The notes below the pieces were generated by a model, which made no database searches, was not told where the DNA came from, and saw only the letters and a list, made by a program, of their open reading frames with translations. A stretch of DNA of 64,000 nt. Source: Candidatus Nanoarchaeia archaeon. GTDB lineage: Archaea > Nanobdellota > Nanobdellia > Woesearchaeales > ARS49. This document shows positions 1 to 9,367 of the stretch, piece by piece. Position 1 is the first letter of the stretch; each line of letters starts with the position of its first letter. The position numbers and the translations under genes were made by a program. Where the stretch lies: positions 6,240 through 70,239 of the forward strand of contig JBGPHE010000001.1 in the NCBI GenBank assembly GCA_041484255.1, in the 5' to 3' direction.

Positions 1-482
1 CACTCATCTTTTTGATCCCTGTCGCGCTCGCGCTGGCGGTCGTGCTGGGCTACATTGTCGCTCCGGCGCTGTACAAGAAGATGTACAACGCGCAGCCGTT
101 GAAAGGAACGCGTTATCGTCAGCTTGCGCAGTACGCAGGTGTCGCGAATGCGCGTTTCTTCCTATTGGACACGGCAAAGCCGCTCGCGTTTTCCTTTGGC
201 CGCGATGTGTTGATGAGCGTCGGCATGTTTGAGGTCTTGAAGCAGAAGGAGCAGGACGCTGTTTTGTTCCACGAGCTGGGCCATGTCAAGCAGCAGTCGT
301 CTGTTTCCAAGTTCTCGCTGTGGCTTGCGCGCTTGTTTTCGCCGCTTGCATACTTTTCTTCGGTGAGCGCGGCGATTTCCGCGGAAGAGAAGTCCGCGGA
401 CGCGTTTGCCGCGCAGCTGCAGGGCACGATGAAGCACGTGCAGGCTGCGAAGCAGGCGATGCGCGCGTTTGCGCGCCTGTAA
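1..482 (+). CDS. M48-family zinc metallopeptidase (HtpX-like), C-terminal part; 5' end lies outside the window. The ORF track start at 12 is a TTG; the frame is open back to position 3.
   Basis: HExxH motif (FHELGHVKQ) in the translated frame, with no stop upstream in frame. Family assignment from motif only. Confidence 0.5.
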   Translation, partial: LIFLIPVALALAVVLGYIVAPALYKKMYNAQPLKGTRYRQLAQYAGVANARFFLLDTAKPLAFSFGRDVLMSVGMFEVLKQKEQDAVLFHELGHVKQQSSVSKFSLWLARLFSPLAYFSSVSAAISAEEKSADAFAAQLQGTMKHVQAAKQAMRAFARL

Positions 483-484
483 AC

Positions 485-492
485 TTTATATA
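485..492 (+). promoter_or_regulatory. Archaeal TATA box (TTTATATA) for gltX
   Basis: 23 bp upstream of the ATG at 515; implies a leaderless or short-leader transcript. Confidence 0.5.
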
Positions 493-514
493 GTACGCTC
501 CTTCTCGCACGTGT

Positions 515-2221
515 ATGGAAAAAGAGCTTGAGTCCCAGATTCGCAAGTGGGCATTGCAGAATGCGTTCCGCTACGAAGGAAAGGCGAATCCGGGAACGGT
601 TATTGGGAAATTGCTGGCTGAGAAGCCTGAGCTGCGCGACCAGCTGAAGACGATTGCAAAGGATGTTTCTGTCATTGTTGCCGCAGTAAACGGCATGACT
701 CCCGAAGACCAGAAGAAAGAGCTTGAGGCGACCGCTCCTGAATTGCTGATTGTGAAGCACGAGAAGCAGGAGCACGTGCTGAAAGAGCTTCCGAACGCCG
801 TGCAGGGCAAGGTTGTAATGCGCATGGCGCCTTCGCCGTCTGGTCCGCTGCACATCGGCCACGCGTTCGTGACGAATCTGAACTCCGAATACTGCCGCAA
901 GTACGACGGCGCGATGATCCTGCGCATCGAAGACACGAATCCTGAGAACATTTACGCTCCCGCATACAAGATGCTTGAGGATGACGCGCAGTGGCTGACC
1001 AAGAACAATGTCAAGAAGGTCGTCGTGCAGTCTGACCGGTTGCATTCCTATTATGATTACGGCGAAAAGCTGGTCGGCATGGGCAAGGCGTACATTTGCA
1101 CGTGCAATCCTGACATTTTCCGCGAATTGATGCAACGCAAGACCGCGTGCCCGTGCCGCGAACTGCCGCTCAAAGAGCACCAGTCGCGCTGGGACAAGAT
1201 GTTCAATGGCTTCGAGCCAGGACAGGCAGTAATGCGCATCAAGACCGATGTCGCTGACCCGAATCCTGCGATGCGCGATTGGCCTGCGATGCGCATCAAC
1301 CATCACACGCACCCGAAGACCGGCACGACCGAAAAAGTCTGGCCGCTGATGAACTTCTCTGTCGCGATTGACGACCACGAATTGGGCGTCACGCACACGA
1401 TCCGCGGTAAAGATCACAAGGACAACGAGAAGCGCCAAAGACACATCTTTGACGCGATGGGCTGGAAGACGCCCACGCACTTGTATGTCGGTCGCATTAA
1501 CTTCGAGGACTTTGAAGTCAGCACCACGCAGACGCGCTTGGCGATCGAGCAGGGCAAGTACTCAGGATGGGACGATATCCGGTTGCCGTTCCTGCTTGCG
1601 CTTCGCCGCCGCGGCTACCAGCCCGAGACGTTTATTCAATGGGCTTTGGATATGGGCCTCGGAGAGAACGACAAGACTGTTTCCCGTGAAGAGTTTTTCA
1701 AAAGCATTGATGCGCACAATCGCAAACTGCTTGAGCCTATCGCGAACAGGTACTTTTTCATCTGCAATCCGGTTGAAGTGCGTGTGATTGGCGCGCCGAA
1801 GCAGACGGTTGAGCTTGAATTGCACCCTGACCATCACGATCGCGGCAAACGAAAGCTGGAAGTTGGAGAAACGTTCTATTTCGCAAAGGACGACGTTGAA
1901 GCAATCAAGGACGGTATGGTGAATCGCCTCATGGAGTGCGGCAACTTTGTCAAGACAGGAAATGATTTCACGTTCCATTCGCGCGAAGTCGAGAAGTTCC
2001 GCGAGAAGCCGGGCGGAAGGATCATGCACTGGCTGCCGATCTCTGACGATTTGGTGAAAGTCGAAGTGCTGATGCCAGACAATTCCAAGAGATTGGGCTT
2101 CGGCGAGCCTGCGATGAAGCAATTGAAGGAAGGCGACATGGTTCAGCTCGAGCGCTTCGGCTTTGTCAGGCTTGACGCGAAGCGCGGCGACAAGCTGAGC
2201 TTCTGGTTTACGCACAAGTGA
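515..2221 (+). CDS. gltX: Glutamyl-tRNA synthetase, archaeal/eukaryal-type class I aaRS
   Basis: 568 aa with HIGH signature PSPSGPLHIGHA near residue 105 and a length typical of archaeal GluRS. TATA TTTATATA at 485-492, 23 bp upstream. Confidence 0.88.
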   Translation: MEKELESQIRKWALQNAFRYEGKANPGTVIGKLLAEKPELRDQLKTIAKDVSVIVAAVNGMTPEDQKKELEATAPELLIVKHEKQEHVLKELPNAVQGKVVMRMAPSPSGPLHIGHAFVTNLNSEYCRKYDGAMILRIEDTNPENIYAPAYKMLEDDAQWLTKNNVKKVVVQSDRLHSYYDYGEKLVGMGKAYICTCNPDIFRELMQRKTACPCRELPLKEHQSRWDKMFNGFEPGQAVMRIKTDVADPNPAMRDWPAMRINHHTHPKTGTTEKVWPLMNFSVAIDDHELGVTHTIRGKDHKDNEKRQRHIFDAMGWKTPTHLYVGRINFEDFEVSTTQTRLAIEQGKYSGWDDIRLPFLLALRRRGYQPETFIQWALDMGLGENDKTVSREEFFKSIDAHNRKLLEPIANRYFFICNPVEVRVIGAPKQTVELELHPDHHDRGKRKLEVGETFYFAKDDVEAIKDGMVNRLMECGNFVKTGNDFTFHSREVEKFREKPGGRIMHWLPISDDLVKVEVLMPDNSKRLGFGEPAMKQLKEGDMVQLERFGFVRLDAKRGDKLSFWFTHK

Positions 2222-2225
2222 TCTC

Positions 2226-3107
2226 ATGCAAAAGATAGTCCCGTATCTCTGGTTCGATAGAAATGCCGAAGAGGCTGTGAACTTTTACGTTTCTGTGTTC
2301 AAGAACTCGAAAGTCCTGAACACGAGTAGGTATGGCGACGCAGGACCGGGGCCGAAGGGCGAAATCATGGTCATGACGTTCTCGCTCAATGGCCAGGAGT
2401 TCGGCGCATTGAACGGCGGACCGATGTTCACGTTCTCGCCAGGAATCTCGTTCATGGTGCACTGCAAGACCGAGGGCGACCTTGATGCATTGTTCAAGAA
2501 GCTCTCGCCGGGCGGCAAAATCATGATGCCGCTGGACAAATACCCGTTCGCAGAACGCTACGCATTCTTCTCGGACAAGTTCGGCGTGTCGTGGCAGCTG
2601 ATGCTGTCGCCGCCGAAGGAGCACATCACTCCTTGTTTGCTCTTTGTCGGCAAGGATTTGGGCAAAGCCGAGGAAGCGGTGAAGTTTTACACGTCGGTGT
2701 TCAAGAACGCGAAGATCGACCACGTGCTCAAGTACGGGAAAGGCGAGCCGGGCAAGGAAGGAACGGTCAAGCACTCGTCGTTCTTCCTGGAAGGCCAGGA
2801 ATTCATGGCAATGGACGGCACCGGACCGCACAAGTTTGACTTCAAGCAGTCTATCTCGTTCCTCATCAACTGCGATACGCAGGAAGAAGTGGATTATTTC
2901 TGGGAAAATCTTTCGAAAGGCGGAAACACCTACCCGTGCGGCTGGCTTGGCGACAAGTTCGGCGTGCCGTGGCAGGTTGTTCCGACCGCGTTCAGCAAGA
3001 TGATGTCGGACAAGGACCCTGCGAAAGTAAAACGCGTCATGGAAGCCATGCTCAAAATGAAGAAGCTGGACATTCCGACATTCGAGCGCGCGTACAAAGG
3101 CGTCTAG
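2226..3107 (+). CDS. Tandem two-domain VOC-fold protein (PhnB/3-demethylubiquinone methyltransferase-like, glyoxalase/bleomycin-resistance superfamily)
   Basis: Two internal repeats of about 140 aa (VPYLWFD...FYVSVFKN and ITPCLLFVG...FYTSVFKN), each ending ...KFGVSWQ/KFGVPWQ. Start is 4 nt after the gltX stop, so probably co-transcribed. Confidence 0.65.
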   Translation: MQKIVPYLWFDRNAEEAVNFYVSVFKNSKVLNTSRYGDAGPGPKGEIMVMTFSLNGQEFGALNGGPMFTFSPGISFMVHCKTEGDLDALFKKLSPGGKIMMPLDKYPFAERYAFFSDKFGVSWQLMLSPPKEHITPCLLFVGKDLGKAEEAVKFYTSVFKNAKIDHVLKYGKGEPGKEGTVKHSSFFLEGQEFMAMDGTGPHKFDFKQSISFLINCDTQEEVDYFWENLSKGGNTYPCGWLGDKFGVPWQVVPTAFSKMMSDKDPAKVKRVMEAMLKMKKLDIPTFERAYKGV

Positions 3108-3114
3108 AAGTAAT

Positions 3115-3124
3115 CTTTATATAC
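3115..3124 (+). promoter_or_regulatory. TATA box CTTTATATAC for the small histone-fold-like gene
   Basis: 24 bp upstream of the ATG at 3147. Confidence 0.45.
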
Positions 3125-3146
3125 TCGGTGAACACATATTCTCTCT

Positions 3147-3311
3147 ATGTCTATCGTTGTGAAAGCGAAAATCAAGGAGATTGCGGGCACGTTTAACGTG
3201 TCCGGAGACTTCGCTGACGCGCTGGCCAAGAAGGTCGAGCAGATGGTCAAAGACGCTATCGAACGCGCGAAGTCGAACAATCGAAGAACGGTTATGCCGA
3301 AGGATATCTAG
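3147..3311 (+). CDS. Small (54 aa) histone-fold-like protein, DUF1931-like; not in the ORF track because it is under 60 aa
   Basis: ATG at 3147 is preceded by an in-frame stop at 3129. TATA CTTTATATAC at 3115-3124, 24 bp upstream. Translation MSIVVKAKIKEIAGTFNVSGDFADALAKKVEQMVKDAIERAKSNNRRTVMPKDI ends in an RRTV..DI motif resembling archaeal histone alpha3 (GRKTI..DI). Confidence 0.35.
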   Translation: MSIVVKAKIKEIAGTFNVSGDFADALAKKVEQMVKDAIERAKSNNRRTVMPKDI

Positions 3312-3838
3312 AGTTTCTTTTCCGCTTTCCTGACTTTTTCCTTGATCTTGTCGATGACTTTCTTGATTTTGGCGAGCTGCTTCTTCGGGTGCTTCTTGTT
3401 TTTCGCCAAACTCTTGTGGATGCGCTCGATTTTGTTCAAAGATTGGCGAATCGCGCCCAATTGCTCGGCCTTGCTTTCGGTTTCGGTCGTGAGCGCGGTT
3501 TCTAAGAGCTTGACGCGCTCGGCGCGGGCTTCGTGGATCGTCATGTAATGCGCGAGGCGCGCTTCAAGCTCCTGGATTTGCGCGCGGACGTCGCCGTGGA
3601 AGATGTCGTCCTTGGACTGGTGCTTGAGAATGCGCTGTTCTTTGTTGATGGCTTCGGTGATGGAATGCTCGAGCTTCTGCATGTAGCCCTTCATCGAGTG
3701 CGTGCTGATTTTCTTTAAGCGGGAGAGCTCGATCTTGAGTTTTTTTCTCGCGTGCTGGCGTTCTTCCCAGTGCTGCGTGGCTCTGCCAAGGAAAGAAAGC
3801 ATGGTCCTTGCGCTGCCGATGTCGTAGCCTTTGCTCAT
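3308..3838 (-). CDS. Hypothetical coiled-coil, Lys-rich protein (176 aa)
   Basis: Long ORF in genome-like composition with heptad-like charged repeats. Overlaps the upstream minus-strand gene by 4 nt. Confidence 0.45.
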   Translation of the reverse strand: MSKGYDIGSARTMLSFLGRATQHWEERQHARKKLKIELSRLKKISTHSMKGYMQKLEHSITEAINKEQRILKHQSKDDIFHGDVRAQIQELEARLAHYMTIHEARAERVKLLETALTTETESKAEQLGAIRQSLNKIERIHKSLAKNKKHPKKQLAKIKKVIDKIKEKVRKAEKKL

Positions 3839-4380
3839 GGTCCAAAGCGTCTGCGTCTTGCGGGCGGCGGAGGCGGCGGCATTCCGGGCATCGGGCGCAT
3901 GCCCTGCATGGGCTGCGGCATCGTGCGCTGCGGCATCATCGGCTGGCTGAATTGGCCAGCAGGATACGATGCAGGCGCAGGCGGCGCGATTTCCGACTCG
4001 CGGATGTTGACGCCCTTGCCGAGGTCTTCGCGCAAATCCTTGACGAGGTCAGCGACCGCGACAATGCCCTGCGCGATTTCCGAGTTTTGCTCGAGAATCT
4101 TGTTCATTTTCTCGGCGAGCGGCTTCATCTTGTCTTTGAAGCTGAGTCCGCCTTCTTCCATCTGCAACGCGGTCGTCGCTTCTTCGAAGATAGAGAGTAA
4201 CTTGTCGAGCTTGGTGTTCAATTCAACGAGCTGCACGCCCATTTTCTTGCTGGGCATGATCTCAAAGTCCTTGAGCTTCTGCAGTTCGCTCTTCAAATCC
4301 TGAATTTCGCGTTCAGGAAGAATTTCGTATTCGTCCCCCTCGTCCGAAGGAGAACTGGTCATCTTGTTAGCGTCTGGCAT
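3835..4380 (-). CDS. Hypothetical coiled-coil protein with Pro/Met/Gln-rich C-terminal tail (181 aa)
   Basis: Long ORF. C-terminus is PMMPQRTMPQPMQGMRPMPGMPPPPPPARRRRFGP. Overlaps the downstream partner by 4 nt. Confidence 0.45.
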   Translation of the reverse strand: MPDANKMTSSPSDEGDEYEILPEREIQDLKSELQKLKDFEIMPSKKMGVQLVELNTKLDKLLSIFEEATTALQMEEGGLSFKDKMKPLAEKMNKILEQNSEIAQGIVAVADLVKDLREDLGKGVNIRESEIAPPAPASYPAGQFSQPMMPQRTMPQPMQGMRPMPGMPPPPPPARRRRFGP

Positions 4381-4532
4381 AGTATCACCACTTTTTGGAG
4401 TCGTACGACTTCCACCCTTAAGACGACAAAGAGCAGAATGGGTATATAAACATTTCGTCCGAGGGCGGTGGTTACTTCACTAGACATACAGACGTAACGT
4501 TTAATAGCGAAATCAGCAAACTTGTAAACTAA

Positions 4533-5393
4533 ATGAGCAAAGACAAAAAAGAAGAAATGGAAGAGTTTAATGCAGAGAACCCAGTATGGCGTTACAGATT
4601 AATAGAACTATTGAACAAAAGCGGGTTTATTCTAGAACAAAGAGTGAAGACCATCCTTGAAAGAATTCTGCCATCGATGCAAGTCAGTCGTTGTCCATGG
4701 CAGTTAGAATTGAGGTTACCTAATGAACCAATAGTAAAAGTAGATATTGACGCGTATGCCGCAACCAAAAATATAGAGGCCGTAATTGAATGCAAACGGG
4801 CAAATAATTATTGGTTGTTTACTCGAAACATAGGAAACCCTAACATCTTGCATCTTCTTTATGAAAACGAAGGTTACAAACTTAGAACAATGAGTTCTGA
4901 CCTTGATTCAATCCCAATAAACTCATCAATTCACTCAATGGGGTTTGACGAAGACTTGTTATCAAATCCCAACACCGGCAAAAACAAAATAGAAGATTCT
5001 TCGCGATCACAAGAAAAAGGGATATACCAACTACTAAATCTAGAAATTGCAGCAGTCTTACAACAAAAGAATCCATTGCGCAAAAGAGTAGTGCTACCAG
5101 TTCTCGTAACAAATGCACCATTGTTCTTTGCAGAAATTGGAGATAACGCTATCGACGGCACTGGAAATTTATTAGAGTTTAAGTCTATCAAAAATGTTAA
5201 TTGGATCGCATTAAATTTTAACCAACAATTACGATGGGACAACTTAAGCAACCAAATCGTTAAGAATGTTAACGATCAAACTTGTAAAAGTGTGAGCGTT
5301 TTCGTTGTTAATATTGTGTACCTTGCAGAATTTCTAACAGCAATGGACGAATGGGTCGAGAAACATCAAGTGAAAATTGGAATTGAGAACTAG
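4533..5393 (+). CDS. Hypothetical PD-(D/E)xK-like nuclease-fold protein encoded in an AT-rich island
   Basis: Candidate nuclease motif VDIDAYAATKNIEAVIECKR (D...ExK). About 38% GC versus about 60% in flanks, estimated by eye. Possible TATA GTATATAAAC at 4441-4450. Confidence 0.4.
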   Translation: MSKDKKEEMEEFNAENPVWRYRLIELLNKSGFILEQRVKTILERILPSMQVSRCPWQLELRLPNEPIVKVDIDAYAATKNIEAVIECKRANNYWLFTRNIGNPNILHLLYENEGYKLRTMSSDLDSIPINSSIHSMGFDEDLLSNPNTGKNKIEDSSRSQEKGIYQLLNLEIAAVLQQKNPLRKRVVLPVLVTNAPLFFAEIGDNAIDGTGNLLEFKSIKNVNWIALNFNQQLRWDNLSNQIVKNVNDQTCKSVSVFVVNIVYLAEFLTAMDEWVEKHQVKIGIEN

Positions 5394-5395
5394 AA

Positions 5396-7024
5396 TCAAT
5401 CCATTCCGCCCATTCCGGGAGGCATTCCGCCGCCGCGTGAGGGTTTGCCGCCGGCGATGACGTCGTCGATGCGGAGAATCATCTGCGCGACTTCGGATGC
5501 CGACGAGATGGCTTGCGTCTTGATCTTGAGGGGCTCGAGCACGCCTGCTGCCCAGGCGTCCATGACTTTGCCCTTGAAGACGTCCACGCCTGCCCACTTC
5601 TGCTTCTTGTCGTGCGCGGCCTTCAATTCGGTGAGAATGTCGATCGGGTCGATGCCTGAGTTCTCGGCGAGCGTGCGCGGGATGACTTCGATGGCATCGG
5701 CGAACGCGAGAACTGCGAGCTGTTCGCGGCCGGAAAGCGAGTCTGCGTATTTGCGCAGACCCTTGGCGACTTCGATTTCAGGCGCTCCTGCGCCGGCAAC
5801 GATCTTGCCGTTCTTCAAAGCGGCTGCGACGTCGCCGATGGCGTCGGTCATCGACCGCTTCAGCTCGTCAACGACGTGATTCGTGCCGCCGCGGCACAGA
5901 ATGGTGACTGATTTCGGGTTTTTGCAGTTCGTGACAAAGGTCATTTCTTCGTCGCCGAGCTTCTTCTCGGCAACGTGGCCTGCCTTGCCGAGTTCTTTTG
6001 CGGACAATGAGTCCAAGTTCGTGATGATGGTCGCGCCGGTTGCGCGCGCCAATGCTTCCATATCGCTCTTCTTGACGCGTCGCGCGGCATAGATGCCCTT
6101 TTGCGCGAGGAAGTGCTGGGCGAGGTCGTCGATGCCCTTCTGGCAGAACACGACGTTCGCGCCGGAAGCGGCAATCTTGTCGACCATGTCGCGGATCATC
6201 TTTTCTTCCTGCTCGATGAATTCCTGCATTTGCAGCGGATTGGTAATTTGAATCTTGGCGTCGATTTCCGTGTCTTTAATCTCGATAGCGGAATCAATCA
6301 GCGCGATCTTTGCGTCGTGGACGTCGTGCGGCATGCCCGGGTGCACGGCTTCTTTCTCGAGCACGATGCCTTCGATGAGTTCGGTGTCTTCAACTGCGCC
6401 GCCAACGCGCTTTTCGAGCTTGATGTTTTCCTTGTCAAAGACTGCCTTGCCGTCCTGCTCGTCCATCACGCGCTTGACTGCCTTGACCGAGATGTCTGCG
6501 AGCTTTTCTTTCGCGATTTCGGCGTTCTTGCCCGTGACCGCGGTCATCGCGATCTTGCGGAGCAGGCCGTCGTCTTTGAACGTGATATCTTCTGCGATGC
6601 TGTTCAGGATTTCCATGGCTTTTTCTTCAGCCATGCGGTAGCCGCGCGCGACCATGGTCGGGTGCACTTGCTGGTCCAGGAGCGTTTCTGCCTGCTTGAG
6701 CAGTTCGCCGGCAATCACGACCGCGGTCGTGGTGCCGTCGCCGACTTCGGCTTCCTGCGTCTTGGCAACTTCGACAATCATCTTTGCCGCAGGGTGCTCG
6801 ATCTGCATTTCTTCGAGAATCGTGACGCCGTCGTTCGTGACTGTGATGTCGCCCATGGAGTCGACAATCATCTTGTCCATTCCTTTCGGGCCGAGCGTGG
6901 TGCGGACGGTTTCAGCAACCAGCTTGGCTGCCATGATGTTGTTGCGCTGGGCATTCTTGCCCGTGGTGCGCTGCGTGCCTTCCGGCAAGATGAAGATCGG
7001 TTGGATTTGGTTATTGTTACTCAT
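5396..7024 (-). CDS. ths: Thermosome subunit (group II chaperonin)
   Basis: 542 aa with ...[29 protein letters not shown]...[17 protein letters not shown]... and a C-terminal GGM repeat tail. Confidence 0.95.
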   Translation of the reverse strand: MSNNNQIQPIFILPEGTQRTTGKNAQRNNIMAAKLVAETVRTTLGPKGMDKMIVDSMGDITVTNDGVTILEEMQIEHPAAKMIVEVAKTQEAEVGDGTTTAVVIAGELLKQAETLLDQQVHPTMVARGYRMAEEKAMEILNSIAEDITFKDDGLLRKIAMTAVTGKNAEIAKEKLADISVKAVKRVMDEQDGKAVFDKENIKLEKRVGGAVEDTELIEGIVLEKEAVHPGMPHDVHDAKIALIDSAIEIKDTEIDAKIQITNPLQMQEFIEQEEKMIRDMVDKIAASGANVVFCQKGIDDLAQHFLAQKGIYAARRVKKSDMEALARATGATIITNLDSLSAKELGKAGHVAEKKLGDEEMTFVTNCKNPKSVTILCRGGTNHVVDELKRSMTDAIGDVAAALKNGKIVAGAGAPEIEVAKGLRKYADSLSGREQLAVLAFADAIEVIPRTLAENSGIDPIDILTELKAAHDKKQKWAGVDVFKGKVMDAWAAGVLEPLKIKTQAISSASEVAQMILRIDDVIAGGKPSRGGGMPPGMGGMD

Positions 7025-7061
7025 GAACTCACCCCACTATGAAGGAAAACCCTTGACGGCG

Positions 7062-7071
7062 CTTTATAAAG
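7062..7071. promoter_or_regulatory. Palindromic TATA element CTTTATAAAG in the thermosome upstream region (divergent intergenic 7025-7126)
   Basis: About 40 bp upstream of the ths start (minus strand), with GGGGTGAG SD-like sequence between. Reads identically on both strands. Confidence 0.4.
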
Positions 7072-7126
7072 ATTATGAACGTTCAACCGCTATGTCACAA
7101 GCTTAATAAAAAGCATCATTTCACCG

Positions 7127-7456
7127 TTGTTCATGAGTGAAGCGACCCAAGTGAAGACTCAGTCAATGCGCTTGCTGTACAAGCAGTTTGACGACGCGCT
7201 GGTTTCTTATTTCACGACGCAGGCAATGGCGCAGGGCCCTGCGGACGAGCGCGTGTTCGGTCTCGCGCAGCGCGTGATGGCCGCTGTCGACCGCCTGCCG
7301 CAGTCGCTGCAAAAGCAGTTCGAGCGCAGGCGCGACGTCGCTGATTCGTTTATGCGAGTATACGCGCGGCCCATCCGCTGCGTTGCTACCTCACCTGAAA
7401 CCGTGCAGCGCATTGCCGACCAGGTGTGCTGCGTCGGAGCATACGCTCCGTTTTAA
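7127..7456 (+). CDS. Hypothetical protein (109 aa)
   Basis: ORF only; no recognisable motif. Confidence 0.3.
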   Translation: MFMSEATQVKTQSMRLLYKQFDDALVSYFTTQAMAQGPADERVFGLAQRVMAAVDRLPQSLQKQFERRRDVADSFMRVYARPIRCVATSPETVQRIADQVCCVGAYAPF

Positions 7457-7466
7457 TGGTGTTCTC

Positions 7467-7958
7467 ATGGATTTGACGTTTACGTATCTCCGCGACCATG
7501 ACCGCACGGAGCCGTTCTATAAGGCGGCGACGAAAGGTTTGGAATGGCACCTCAATAATCCTGATCCTGGCTCGGAGTTTGAGACGACCGTGCAGAAGCT
7601 GGGGAATATTCCCGTGCAGCAGAAAATAACTCGCCTGCTCGCGCACGGCTATGACGTGCTGTTCAGCCTGGACGGCGCGACCATGGCTAATTTTCTCGCG
7701 CTCAGGCATCGCACCGAGCACAAGCCGACGAGCGTGTTCCGCGTGTATACACACGAGAACTACCGCGGCAATGGCATCGGCGCGCAGGCCGTGCAGAAGC
7801 TGATGCACGACTGCTTCGCGCAGGGCCACACGTCGTTGCGCGTGGGCGAAGGCAAGAGCGAAGGCGTTATCGGCGTGCTGAATCAGCTCAAGACGATGTA
7901 TCAGGGCCCGTACACGATTGACGTCACGCCTGACACCGGATGGATCAAGCGCATCTGA
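7467..7958 (+). CDS. GNAT-family N-acetyltransferase
   Basis: Motif A-like VYTHENYRGNGIGAQAVQKLM. The ATG at 7467 (MDLTF...) is taken as start rather than the 7383 start in the ORF track. Confidence 0.55.
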   Translation: MDLTFTYLRDHDRTEPFYKAATKGLEWHLNNPDPGSEFETTVQKLGNIPVQQKITRLLAHGYDVLFSLDGATMANFLALRHRTEHKPTSVFRVYTHENYRGNGIGAQAVQKLMHDCFAQGHTSLRVGEGKSEGVIGVLNQLKTMYQGPYTIDVTPDTGWIKRI

Positions 7959-7969
7959 CGCCGCTAGAT

Positions 7970-7977
7970 TTTTATAA
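7970..7977 (+). promoter_or_regulatory. TATA box TTTTATAA for cmk
   Basis: 22 bp upstream of the ATG at 7999. Confidence 0.45.
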
Positions 7978-7998
7978 CCGCACGACACTGTTCTCGGA

Positions 7999-8544
7999 AT
8001 GATTATCACGATTTCTGGCACGCCGGGCTCGGGCAAGAGCACGATCGCGAAGCTGCTCGCGCAAACGCTCGGCTTTCGGCATTATTCTGCGGGCGACTTT
8101 ATGCGCGCGATGGCAACCGAACGCAAGACCACGCTCGCCAAGCTGACGCAGGACGCACTGAAAGACCGCACGATTGACGAGGAAATCGACCGCAGGACGC
8201 AGGAGCTGGGCGTATTCGAGGACGATTTCGTCATCGATTCGCGGCTTGGCTGGAAGTTTATCCCGCGCGCGATCAAGATTTTGCTCACGATTTCGCCCGA
8301 TGTTGCCGCAAAGCGCATTTTCGCGAATCACCGACCGGACGAAAAGGAAAACACGACGCTCGCGAAGACGAAAAAGAACATCGCGACGCGCTTGGCCGCG
8401 GAAATCGAGCGCTACAAAACCATGTACGGCACGGATTACACGGACAGGAAGCACCACGACCTCGTCATCGACACCACAGACTTGACGGCAGAGAAGGTCG
8501 TGGACAAAATCGTGGATTTCCTGAAAGAGAAGAGAAAGCTTTAA
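7999..8544 (+). CDS. cmk: Cytidylate kinase, archaeal type
   Basis: P-loop MIITISGTPGSGKSTIAK...FRHYSAGDFMR, similar in organisation to archaeal CMP kinases. TATA TTTTATAA at 7970-7977. Confidence 0.72.
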   Translation: MIITISGTPGSGKSTIAKLLAQTLGFRHYSAGDFMRAMATERKTTLAKLTQDALKDRTIDEEIDRRTQELGVFEDDFVIDSRLGWKFIPRAIKILLTISPDVAAKRIFANHRPDEKENTTLAKTKKNIATRLAAEIERYKTMYGTDYTDRKHHDLVIDTTDLTAEKVVDKIVDFLKEKRKL

Positions 8545-8569
8545 GAATAATCACGATGGAAGTTCTTCT

Positions 8570-9283
8570 ATGCCTATCAAACTCAACGACTTCATCGAGA
8601 TTGAATATACCGGCAGGATCAAGGACGGCAATATCATTTTCGACACGACGGACGAAGCCATCGCCAAGGCAAACGACTTGCCCAAGGCGATGTACGGTCC
8701 GGTTGTCGTGGTTGTCGGCCAGGGCCAATTGCTGAAGGGCTTGGAAGAGAAGCTCGTCGGCAAGGAGCCGGGCAAGTACACTATTGACGTTCCCACGGAG
8801 CAGGCGTTCGGCAAGAAGAACGCCAAGCTCATTCAGATGATTCCGACGAAGAAGTTCCACGAGCAGAAAATCCAGCCCGTTCCCGGTTTGCAGTTGAACA
8901 TCGACGGAATGGTGTGCACGGTCCGCCAAGTCACGGGCGGCCGCGCGATGGTGGACTTCAACCACCCGCTCTCCGGCAAGGACGTTGTCTACGAAATCAA
9001 AATCATCAAGCTCGTCACGGACAAGAAAGAGCAGCTCAAGGCAGTGTTCGCGATGCTGCTGAACATCAGCGACGAAACCATCACGATTGACGGAACCAAG
9101 GCGAAGATTACGCTCAAGCAGCAGCTGCCTGAGCAGATTGTTCCCGAACTCCAGAAAAAAATCAAGGAGCTCACCGCGATTGACGCGGAAATAACTTTGC
9201 CTCTGAAGAAGGAAGGCGAAAAGGACGAGCACGCAGGCCACAATCACGGCCCGGGCGAGCACGCGCACGAGAAGAAAGCATAG
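8570..9283 (+). CDS. FKBP-type peptidyl-prolyl cis-trans isomerase (SlyD-like) with His-rich C-terminal tail
   Basis: FKBP core with insert-in-flap region; the C-terminus HAGHNHGPGEHAHEKKA is a typical metal-binding tail. Confidence 0.78.
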   Translation: MPIKLNDFIEIEYTGRIKDGNIIFDTTDEAIAKANDLPKAMYGPVVVVVGQGQLLKGLEEKLVGKEPGKYTIDVPTEQAFGKKNAKLIQMIPTKKFHEQKIQPVPGLQLNIDGMVCTVRQVTGGRAMVDFNHPLSGKDVVYEIKIIKLVTDKKEQLKAVFAMLLNISDETITIDGTKAKITLKQQLPEQIVPELQKKIKELTAIDAEITLPLKKEGEKDEHAGHNHGPGEHAHEKKA

Positions 9284-9314
9284 TTTTCCGACCACGTTCT
9301 CCAGCACAATAATA

Positions 9315-9322
9315 CTTATATA
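9315..9322 (+). promoter_or_regulatory. TATA box CTTATATA for ftsZ
   Basis: About 45 bp upstream of the ATG at 9368, with GGGTGA SD-like sequence at 9355-9360. Confidence 0.4.
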
Positions 9323-9367
9323 GTTCTTTCGACGATGAAGCGGTCATAGAGAAAAGGGTGACTACAC

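Noticed and set aside
119-1480. 453-aa minus-strand ORF antisense to gltX and the M48 peptidase
   Set aside because: Lies entirely antisense to a confidently identified GluRS; no motifs; a typical GC-rich antisense open frame.
6101-7042. 313-aa plus-strand ORF and several smaller ones overlapping the thermosome gene
   Set aside because: Antisense or alternate frame of a near-certain thermosome CDS; low-complexity translation.
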